Assembly (NCBI GenBank): GCA_024684215.1
Contig: JAIKXH010000161.1
Coordinates: forward strand, 7,789 to 71,788
DNA length: 64,000 bases
DNA from: Lachnospiraceae bacterium
Lineage (GTDB): Bacteria > Bacillota > Clostridia > Lachnospirales > Lachnospiraceae
Direction: 5' to 3'
Part shown: positions 26,707-34,817 of the stretch, piece by piece
Numbering within the stretch: the first letter of the stretch is position 1
How the letters are laid out: the number at the start of each line of letters is the position of its first letter
The notes under the pieces: model-generated
Seen by the model: the letters and a program-made list of their open reading frames with translations, nothing else
The model's database searches: none
What the model was told of the DNA's origin: nothing
Program-made: the position numbers and the translations under genes

Positions 26707-27714
26707 TTATTCACCGGTGATTCCGGCTCTGTCGATACTTTCAACGAATTGCTTCTGGAGTATCAGATACATTACCAGCAAAGGCAAAATACTTATAGTC
26801 GTCGCCGCCATTCTCACCGATTCATTTAAGCTTGTTGCGGTATCACCAACGGTTGCTCTGTTCTCAAAGGATGTATCGAAGTTTTTAAGCTGTACAACCA
26901 GGTTGGTCCATACACTCTTTGCAGATAATCCCTGTACGTAAAGTTCTGTCAAATATGACTCATTCCAGTACCATACAAATGAGAACAGAACTACGGTAAC
27001 GATAGCCGGTATAGCTGAAGGAACCGCTATTCTGAAGAAGGTCTTGAAATGGCCGGCTCCGTCGATTGCCGCAGCCTCAGTCAGTACCTTAGGTATCTGC
27101 TTGAAGAACTGATAGAAAATCAGTATGAATATCGGTGCGTTTAATCCGTTACCGAATATTGCCGGTATTATAAAGGTGAACAAAGTGCCGAGGATCTTCA
27201 TATTGTTGTAAAGCACATAGGTCGGTATCATAGTTACCTGACTTGGCAGGATATATGAGAATATAAGAAGTCCCATCATTATCTTTTTGCCCTTAAAGTC
27301 ATATCTTGCAAATCCGTAACCAACCATCATGCAGATAACTATATTTATGAGTGTGGGGAGACCTGCTATAGCTATTCCTTTTAGGAAACTCATAACAAAG
27401 TCCATTGATTTTCCCGCATCAATATAGTTTTGAATATAAAAGCTTCCGGGCAACCACTTTACCGAAGTATCAAGGAGGTCATCCCTGCTCATAAAGCTTG
27501 TGCTTACCATATAAAGCATGGGGTAAAGATAAACAAATCCGATACAGATGAGCAGTGCATATATCACTATCATCTTTCCGACGCCTTGTTTTTCTCTGGT
27601 ACCAAAGATGAAACGGTGGAGCTTTTCTTTGGTGAAAACTTTTTTAATAGTCGCCACGGCCGTCGTAGGTCTTGTAGCGGTGGCTGCGTCTTGCGCGCTG
27701 GAGTTTCCTCTCAT
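26707..27714 (-). CDS. carbohydrate ABC permease (MalG/LplC-like)
   Basis: 335-aa ORF with EAA loop LTEAAAIDGAGHFKTFFRIAVP. The start is ambiguous: ATG 27714 overlaps the upstream gene by 71 nt, and the next ATG is at 27573. Confidence 0.8.
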   Translation of the reverse strand: MRGNSSAQDAATATRPTTAVATIKKVFTKEKLHRFIFGTREKQGVGKMIVIYALLICIGFVYLYPMLYMVSTSFMSRDDLLDTSVKWLPGSFYIQNYIDAGKSMDFVMSFLKGIAIAGLPTLINIVICMMVGYGFARYDFKGKKIMMGLLIFSYILPSQVTMIPTYVLYNNMKILGTLFTFIIPAIFGNGLNAPIFILIFYQFFKQIPKVLTEAAAIDGAGHFKTFFRIAVPSAIPAIVTVVLFSFVWYWNESYLTELYVQGLSAKSVWTNLVVQLKNFDTSFENRATVGDTATSLNESVRMAATTISILPLLVMYLILQKQFVESIDRAGITGE

Positions 27715-28738
27715 TTCTTATGCTCCTCCTTTCTATCTTCTTTGATAATCTCTCTTCTCTCTTAAGCATTCTCTTTCTCTTGGCAACCATTCTGTCATAG
27801 ACATCGTGCTTGTTTCCGAGTATTAAGAAGAAGAGTAAAACAATCAGTGTAACTACTATCGAGTACATCCAGGCCATTGCGGATGCATATCCGTAACCCT
27901 TCTCCTTTGTACCTGAGAACATTGCGCTTTTAATCATATTGATAAGTTCGTTTTGTTCGTTGCTCGATAGGAATATTACTGTGTAAACAGCATTTAAAAG
28001 TATGAAGTTTTTTATTGTAGGAAGTGTGATCTTCCAGAAGCATTCCCAACCGGAACCACCGTCGATCTTTGCCGCTTCGTAAAGCGATGGGTCAACCTTT
28101 TGCAGTGCCGAGAGGAATATAAGGATCTGCACTCCGGAATACCAGAGAACCATGATCATATTTCCGAAAAGTTCACCGATGGATGTCGCCATCTTTGTCG
28201 GTAGGAAGCTGTCGAGCGCATTTATTACCGCCTGAGTGTTCATGGCGGGGATTGTCGATGCTCCCTCGCTCACAAGCATGTTCATAACCGGTCCGCTTAC
28301 GATGATTACGGGCAAGAAGAAGATTAGTCTGAAAAATCCTTTCATCTTGATCTTTCCGTTAAGCATCATAGCAATCATAAGCGCGAATACTACGATTATC
28401 GGAACCTCTACTATCGTCTGCCAGATATAGGTTACCAGCTGTTGTGGAAACTCAGGGTTTTCCAGCCAGATCTGTGTGAAGTTACCGGTTCCTACAAAGT
28501 TGAACTTTGTTCCCAAAGGAGTAATCCTGATGTTGTACCACATGTAGTAAAAGGACTGTCCTAACGGAATCAGAACAAATATCAGTGTTCCGATGATCCA
28601 GGGAAGAACAAAGAAGTAACCCATTCTGGCTTCACGGGCTTCGAGCTTTCCTCGTTTTACCTTAACCCTCTTTTGCTTCTTATCCTCTTTTGTGGGAACC
28701 GAGTTATTAAATTTTTCCTGATTTAAATTTTCGCTCAT
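27644..28738 (-). CDS. carbohydrate ABC permease (MalF/LplB-like) with ~50-aa highly basic C-terminal tail
   Basis: 364-aa ORF with EAA loop YEAAKIDGGSGWECFWKITLP and tail KRKRMLKREERLSKKIERRSIRNERKLQRARRSHRYK. Its ATG overlaps the upstream stop by 1 nt (TAATG). Confidence 0.85.
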   Translation of the reverse strand: MSENLNQEKFNNSVPTKEDKKQKRVKVKRGKLEAREARMGYFFVLPWIIGTLIFVLIPLGQSFYYMWYNIRITPLGTKFNFVGTGNFTQIWLENPEFPQQLVTYIWQTIVEVPIIVVFALMIAMMLNGKIKMKGFFRLIFFLPVIIVSGPVMNMLVSEGASTIPAMNTQAVINALDSFLPTKMATSIGELFGNMIMVLWYSGVQILIFLSALQKVDPSLYEAAKIDGGSGWECFWKITLPTIKNFILLNAVYTVIFLSSNEQNELINMIKSAMFSGTKEKGYGYASAMAWMYSIVVTLIVLLFFLILGNKHDVYDRMVAKRKRMLKREERLSKKIERRSIRNERKLQRARRSHRYKTYDGRGDY

Positions 28739-30945
28739 TACCCATCTACCTCATAGGACATCGCACCAATGGTTATTCCATCTACGACCTGTTCTTTGGA
28801 GCTGTAGTTTACATATACCTTAACGCCGTTTGAATAAGTAACCTTTGTCACTCCGCAATCCAAAATCTCATGATTTTCTATATTTGCGGTGCCAAGCTTT
28901 TCGTTTAGCGCCTTTAACTCTTCGTTATACTTCTTGATCGTTTCTTTATAAGAAGAATATTCCGAGCTGTAAATATCACTTGAGTTTGTATAAATAAGTT
29001 CTGAGGAACTTTCCTTTGTAATGTAGAAGGAAGGATAAGATCCGCTCTCTATCATCTTTAGGAAGAATTCCTGCTTGTTGGCCTCAAAGTTAACATACTG
29101 TGCATATACCGGAATGCTTCCCTTTAATACCATGCTCAAGAAAGGTACGCTCTCATCTTCGAAGATATATGAAGATGTGTATAACGGCATATCGAGGAAT
29201 GCATTCGTATCAGCCCAGAGATATGCAAAAGGCTGTTCCATAACAAGATTCGTCTTATTCTTTATGGTATTTGCTGTGCTTAAGTATGATTCCTGTGTGT
29301 CAAACCTTGTGTAATTTGAGCCACTGTAGTTATAAGAGAAAAGAGTGTTTGTAATTCCCGCAAGTGCCAGGTTATTTACATTCTTTGATGTATAACTCTT
29401 TACAAATCTCGAAAGGAGCACGTCGGTTCTTGTAGGTGTGATGTAAAGGAAGTTTTCATATACATCCATGTATGTTTTTAGTTCAAATTTTCTCTTATTG
29501 ATCTTTTTAACCACGTTGAAAGTTGCATTCTTTTCATCGGGGTTTATAAGTAATGCGTTGTTGTATAAGTAGAAATCAATTCCTTTGCTTTCGGCATCGT
29601 TTATAAGGCTTGTAAGTCTGGCTTTTCCCCCTATCTTAGGCTCTACACTATAGTAGCTTATGGGCAGGTTATACAGGCCGCCTTTCTGCCATCCCTTGTA
29701 AACTGTGAAAATATCGGTCACATTTTCGGCTGCAAGCTCATCGTATATTTCATAGATATCATCTATGGTTGTCATCACAACCGCTGTGGTTCCAAGAACC
29801 CAGCTTTCTCTCTCTGTTCCAAGGAAATCAATTCTTGTGTTGTATGACGTATCCGCTGCTTTTAAAAGTCCGCCGGCCAACAGGTAGTTTCTGTATGCCT
29901 TGGCCATTCCGGAGTAACTTGCTTCTTCACCTGAGAGGAACAAATATCTTACTCTTAAGTCAGAGTGGCTTCGCTCAGATTCAAAAATGTGAAGCGAACC
30001 GGCAGTTGAATTGTTACTTGTGGGCTGAGTATATGCTTTTCTAAGTAAAAACTTTGCATATGCTCTGTTGTAATCTACCGATACTCCGTTGGGAATACAC
30101 TCTATTGAAGCTCTCGCTTCTCCGTCTTCGACAACTGCGAGATAAGCGATTTCATCATCCGTATGTGCTATTCCGAATATCGGTGCTATAACCTGCTCAG
30201 ATTCGGAAATCGTATTGTATCTGTCCTTTAAAAGAGTAGTTACATCGGATTCATCAAATCCTACATCGGTTCCGTATATAAATCCGGAAAATCCGCTCTT
30301 AAATCTTCCCTCTTTATCATTCAGATGAATAAGCGCTCCGTTTCCGTCAGGAACCAGGATGTATCCTTCTTTTTCATCGAGATATGAGTTTCCCATGTAG
30401 GGATAAAGGGCTATAGTTCCTATGTAGTAGCTCTCACCGTCTTCTACAATGCTTTCATCCGGAATATTCGCCACAAGGCCGTCATCGGTAAGTATAACCT
30501 CTAAGGTCATTCCGAATTTGTATTTTGTCCAGTAGAGCTTTGCTACAAAGCCTTTATCACTGTATGTGATATCCTTTTTTACATCATCGTTTATAAGATC
30601 GGCCTGCTGGGTATCATCGTTTCCGTTTATCATCGTGATAACGATAGCAGACTTCATTGCCCCAATCCAGCTGGCGTTATTTTTTCCATCGTCATAGCTG
30701 ATGGCCGAATCCATATAAGCTCCGGTATCCTTATCCTCTACTACAAGGGAGAGATCCTCTTCCTTCATGTAGAGACGGTACTTGGTGCTCTCTGCTACAA
30801 AAGCGTGCCCGTCGATTTCCGTAGCAGCTTCCGCAGCAGAGGCGATTCCAAGACCAAAGGGGAGGGTTGTGTTCGGCACCGCACTTACCACCAGCGCGGA
30901 TACCAGGAGAGATGTTATTATTTTAGCTATTTTTTTATGAGCCAA
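28738..30945 (-). CDS. large N-terminally anchored/secreted protein of unknown function (possibly DUF5696-like)
   Basis: 735-aa ORF with an N-terminal hydrophobic signal/anchor (IITSLLVSALVVSAV). I recognised no catalytic motif by eye. It overlaps both neighbouring genes (11 nt and 1 nt). Confidence 0.6.
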   Translation of the reverse strand: MAHKKIAKIITSLLVSALVVSAVPNTTLPFGLGIASAAEAATEIDGHAFVAESTKYRLYMKEEDLSLVVEDKDTGAYMDSAISYDDGKNNASWIGAMKSAIVITMINGNDDTQQADLINDDVKKDITYSDKGFVAKLYWTKYKFGMTLEVILTDDGLVANIPDESIVEDGESYYIGTIALYPYMGNSYLDEKEGYILVPDGNGALIHLNDKEGRFKSGFSGFIYGTDVGFDESDVTTLLKDRYNTISESEQVIAPIFGIAHTDDEIAYLAVVEDGEARASIECIPNGVSVDYNRAYAKFLLRKAYTQPTSNNSTAGSLHIFESERSHSDLRVRYLFLSGEEASYSGMAKAYRNYLLAGGLLKAADTSYNTRIDFLGTERESWVLGTTAVVMTTIDDIYEIYDELAAENVTDIFTVYKGWQKGGLYNLPISYYSVEPKIGGKARLTSLINDAESKGIDFYLYNNALLINPDEKNATFNVVKKINKRKFELKTYMDVYENFLYITPTRTDVLLSRFVKSYTSKNVNNLALAGITNTLFSYNYSGSNYTRFDTQESYLSTANTIKNKTNLVMEQPFAYLWADTNAFLDMPLYTSSYIFEDESVPFLSMVLKGSIPVYAQYVNFEANKQEFFLKMIESGSYPSFYITKESSSELIYTNSSDIYSSEYSSYKETIKKYNEELKALNEKLGTANIENHEILDCGVTKVTYSNGVKVYVNYSSKEQVVDGITIGAMSYEVDG

Positions 30946-32989
30946 TTCTATACACCACCTCTCCGATTATCGACTGCAGGAAGTCAAATACCTGCGACCA
31001 AAGTACATAAATAATAAATATAAGCAGCGCTACTATCAGGATCGTAAATATTGTAAGAAGAATTATCTTTACAGTTTCAAGAGCCGAATAGTTGTTGATT
31101 TCCTGAATACCAATAAATACAAGAACCGCTATCCATACCCACATGCAGATCGTTCCAAACTGTACGAAGAAGATTTCGTTGTTGGAAACAACATGTGAAA
31201 GAATGAAAATTATCGGTGTAAGTATCAGGTACGGTGAAAATGAATAAATAAGTGTGCAATAAATATCCTTAAATCTTCCTTCACCGTCGTTGATCGTACA
31301 CATCAGGTAGTTGCACGATACAACCGCAATCAGCGCTATAAGTATCATTCCTATATCGGACAGCACATCGAACTGTCCTTCTCTGACGGTCTTTGTAAGG
31401 AAACCGCAGAAATATTTGTTTATGATGTAAAATACTATTCCGACTACAAGAATAATGTTTGCGGATAATACCGAAACTCTTCCTTCGCGCTTAATTCCGT
31501 AGCTTCCGTCTATAGGATGTCTCATAAAGTAGAACATGTATCTTAACTGCTTTATAAGTTTTACTTCTCCTATCTTTGCAAAAAATGCCTTGGGCTTGTC
31601 CAGAATATGTTTCTTTTTATTTAAAACCTTTATAACTGTAACCGCGATAACTATAACGATTATCACTATCGCTATCCAGGTAAGATTTTTCTTGAGCCAT
31701 ACATTTCTTATTTCCCAGAACGCATCGGAATAACCTTCACTGTCTTTTGCAATTCTGGCATAGCTGAGGGCTCCCTCGTAGTCGCCTTCTTTATAAAGTG
31801 CCTTTCCCATTGCCATGTTGGCATATGTGAAGAGGTTGTTCATCTCAAGTACTTTTCCGAAGGGAACTTTACTTTCTTCGTAGCGTCCCTTTGAGAAAAG
31901 GAAGAGTGCGCTGTGAAGATATGATGTAAACTCTGTAGGCTCAAATACCTGGATCTGGGCCATCTCGGAATCCAGTAAATAAATCTTGTCATCAAGACCT
32001 ATCTGAATTGCTTCGACCTTTGTCGAAAGTCCGATTCTTTGTTTTCCGTCATCGCTTCCGCCAAACATGAAGAGCAGGTCGCCTTCGTTGTTGTACTCGT
32101 AAATAAATCCTGTCTGAGTTGCAACAAATACGTTATCATGGTTTCCTGCCGCCACCGCTGCCGGGATATCGGGGAAATCGGTGGTCTCTATCATATTTAC
32201 TCCGGCAATATTGAGTCTTTTTAAGGTATCAAGAGCCTCACCTCTTGTTATGGTATAGATGACACCTTTCTCATCTATAGCCATATTGTCGGGAGTTGAA
32301 GGGATATTTGACTGCATCTTTGCACGCTGTGCATCTGTGAGAACCGCTCTCCAGATAACCGTCCAAAGGTTTGCCTTTGTGGCATTGGTACCGAAGTATC
32401 CAAGGAATGTACCGTCTTCAACAGGGCTTATCTGTACTATACCGTTTGTGTTGGACTCGCAGATTGCATATATGGTTCCGGATTTGTTAACCACAACCTT
32501 TAAAGGCAGGAAATCCTGGGTTTCGCCATACATGGCTTCCGTGGGCTTGGTATATGTATCGATAAGGTTTCCGTCTTTATCAAATACGAAAATCGCACTC
32601 GCATCTCTGTCGGCAACATATGTTGTTAAATCCCTTGTAACATATATACCTCTGGGGCCTACAAGAGTTCCCTCGCCGAATGTTCTTACAAGTTCACCGG
32701 CCATATCAGATACAACAACTCTCTTGTTACCGCTGTCCAATATATAAATGAATTCGTCATTCACTATGGTAAAGTCGGTAGGTGTGAGAAGCGTTTCATC
32801 TCCGATTTTTGTAATTGTCTCGTACGGAAGGTATGCTGTTTGAGTTTCCGTAACAGATCCATATCCATCAACCGTATATGTTTTGTAGGGGGCATCCGCA
32901 AACGCCGTTGCATTGCTGCCTGCAAAAACGACTCCCGCAATCACAATCGGCAGTATGGATTTGATTATTTTTTTAATCCTGTTTTTCAC
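30935..32989 (-). CDS. NHL-repeat beta-propeller + TPR-like + Yip1-like multi-pass membrane fusion protein
   Basis: 684-aa ORF with a signal peptide (..FAGSNATAFA). NHL-like blades include YILDSGNKRVVVSD, YVADRDASAIFVFDKDGN and IYLLDSEMAQIQVFE. A TPR-like segment (ALYKEGDYEGALSYARIA) is followed by a TM helix and about five more TM segments. Confidence 0.65.
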   Translation of the reverse strand: MKNRIKKIIKSILPIVIAGVVFAGSNATAFADAPYKTYTVDGYGSVTETQTAYLPYETITKIGDETLLTPTDFTIVNDEFIYILDSGNKRVVVSDMAGELVRTFGEGTLVGPRGIYVTRDLTTYVADRDASAIFVFDKDGNLIDTYTKPTEAMYGETQDFLPLKVVVNKSGTIYAICESNTNGIVQISPVEDGTFLGYFGTNATKANLWTVIWRAVLTDAQRAKMQSNIPSTPDNMAIDEKGVIYTITRGEALDTLKRLNIAGVNMIETTDFPDIPAAVAAGNHDNVFVATQTGFIYEYNNEGDLLFMFGGSDDGKQRIGLSTKVEAIQIGLDDKIYLLDSEMAQIQVFEPTEFTSYLHSALFLFSKGRYEESKVPFGKVLEMNNLFTYANMAMGKALYKEGDYEGALSYARIAKDSEGYSDAFWEIRNVWLKKNLTWIAIVIIVIVIAVTVIKVLNKKKHILDKPKAFFAKIGEVKLIKQLRYMFYFMRHPIDGSYGIKREGRVSVLSANIILVVGIVFYIINKYFCGFLTKTVREGQFDVLSDIGMILIALIAVVSCNYLMCTINDGEGRFKDIYCTLIYSFSPYLILTPIIFILSHVVSNNEIFFVQFGTICMWVWIAVLVFIGIQEINNYSALETVKIILLTIFTILIVALLIFIIYVLWSQVFDFLQSIIGEVVYRIGS

Positions 32990-33008
32990 TTTGCTACCTC
33001 TTTAATGA

Positions 33009-33884
33009 TTACTTGATACCGGAATGTGCCATGGTGTTCATGACGTTCTTTTGCAGTATGCAGAACAAAATCAGGTTGGGCAGGAACATAATAAGCGATG
33101 CAGCTGCTGCAATTCCTTGACCTGCGACAGTGTTGGTGGTTGTCGTTGAAGTAAGTGTGTTCATGTAAAATGCAAGTGCTTTTATCGAGTCATCGTTTAC
33201 GTAGTAATTGGATGTCTCCAAATTGTTCCAAACCTGCTGGAACACCAGAATTGCCGCAGTGGCAATCGCAGGTTTGATCAGCGGTAATATAACCTTTAAA
33301 TAAATCTGCCATTCCTTCGCTCCGTCCATGTACGCCGCTTCAATAAGTGAATCGGGTACCTGGTCGACAAACTGTTTAATAAGGAACAGTCCTACGGGAA
33401 GCGCAATAAGAGGAAGAATTTCCGCCCAGTATGTATCAATCATTCCGAGCTTATTAACAACCAGGTATCTGGGAATCATAACCGCAACGGATACGAACAT
33501 AAGCGCTATCTGGTTAATCTGCATCATTATCTTTGCGCCCTTAAATTTGATCTTTGAAAGAGCGTATGCAGCCATGGTCGAGAATAGAAGCGATCCGAAC
33601 ACAACCGCTATTGTAACGAAGATACTGTTGAAAAAGTACTTCGATAGAGGAATGCTTCCTGTTCTTGAAGCTTTGATCAGCTTTACGAAGTTATCGAGTG
33701 TCGGGTGAACCGTGATAAACTTCGGAGGGAAAGCGAAAAGCTCTTCCATAGGTTTAAATGCGTGGAAGATTATGAATATAATCGGCAGTCCGCAAAGAAG
33801 TACCATAGGAAGTACGAGCAGGTATATCTTTATCTGACCTTTTTCAAACTTGTCAGGGTTCATTCTGTGTCCCTTATATGCCAT
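33009..33884 (-). CDS. carbohydrate ABC permease (MalG-like)
   Basis: 291-aa ORF with six TM segments and EAA loop IEAAYMDGAKEWQIYLKVILP. Confidence 0.9.
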   Translation of the reverse strand: MAYKGHRMNPDKFEKGQIKIYLLVLPMVLLCGLPIIFIIFHAFKPMEELFAFPPKFITVHPTLDNFVKLIKASRTGSIPLSKYFFNSIFVTIAVVFGSLLFSTMAAYALSKIKFKGAKIMMQINQIALMFVSVAVMIPRYLVVNKLGMIDTYWAEILPLIALPVGLFLIKQFVDQVPDSLIEAAYMDGAKEWQIYLKVILPLIKPAIATAAILVFQQVWNNLETSNYYVNDDSIKALAFYMNTLTSTTTTNTVAGQGIAAAASLIMFLPNLILFCILQKNVMNTMAHSGIK

Positions 33885-33900
33885 TTCGTTACCTCCTTTC

Positions 33901-34806
33901 TCAATCCTTCTCGCCGAACAGCTTGGTTGATACCGAGCTGAATATCTGTACTATCAACAAAAGTATTACGGATACGGCTGCTGCATATCCCATCTCATAT
34001 CGGATAAATCCATAGTCCTCAATATGGTTTACAATGAGCTGTGCGGAATAACCCGGAGTAGGGTTTCCGGCAAGCATTGTAGCTATCGTACCGTTTTGGA
34101 AAGCTCCTACAATCTGCATAACCGCTGCGAAGAGCATCTGCGGCTTCATGCTGGGAATCGTTACATAAATCATTTCCTGGAACCTGTTCTTTACTCCGTC
34201 GATTGCTGCCGCTTCGTAGAGCGATTCGTCTACGTTTAACAGTCCGGCAAGTATTGAAAGGAATCCTACACCCATGCTGCTCCACAATCCGATGATGATA
34301 ACTATAGGAAGGAGGAACTGTGCATTATTAAGCCAGATGATCGGTTCGTTTATAAGTCCGATATCCATCAGCCAGCTGTTTAAGTATCCTGTCTGGTCTC
34401 CGGTGAAAAGTATCTTCCAAAGAACGCTCATCGCTACACCGGTTGTCATACTCGGCGAATAAAGAATGAGCGCGAATATGGTTCTCGGTACCTTAGGGAG
34501 GTTTGCAAGTCCAAACGCCAGGAGGAACGCCAGTACGTAACCTCCTACTCCGACTATAAGTGCATATTTGATGGTGTTCGGTAATACAAATTTCATAAAC
34601 ACATCATCGCTTGTAATAAGGTTGATATAGTTTAGAAATCCTACAAACTTCGGAAACTGAATTGCGTTGAAGTTTGTAAAGGACAGTATTACTGCCATCA
34701 CAACCGGCGCCAGTATAAATACTACGAAAAGCGCTGCATAGGGGAATACAAATATGTATCCGGCCTTGTTGTTATGCGATCTTTTTCCTACAGTTGATTT
34801 TGCCAT
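33901..34806 (-). CDS. carbohydrate ABC permease (MalF-like)
   Basis: 301-aa ORF with EAA loop [22 protein letters not shown]. Confidence 0.9.
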   Translation of the reverse strand: MAKSTVGKRSHNNKAGYIFVFPYAALFVVFILAPVVMAVILSFTNFNAIQFPKFVGFLNYINLITSDDVFMKFVLPNTIKYALIVGVGGYVLAFLLAFGLANLPKVPRTIFALILYSPSMTTGVAMSVLWKILFTGDQTGYLNSWLMDIGLINEPIIWLNNAQFLLPIVIIIGLWSSMGVGFLSILAGLLNVDESLYEAAAIDGVKNRFQEMIYVTIPSMKPQMLFAAVMQIVGAFQNGTIATMLAGNPTPGYSAQLIVNHIEDYGFIRYEMGYAAAVSVILLLIVQIFSSVSTKLFGEKD

Positions 34807-34817
34807 AGCTCTAACCC

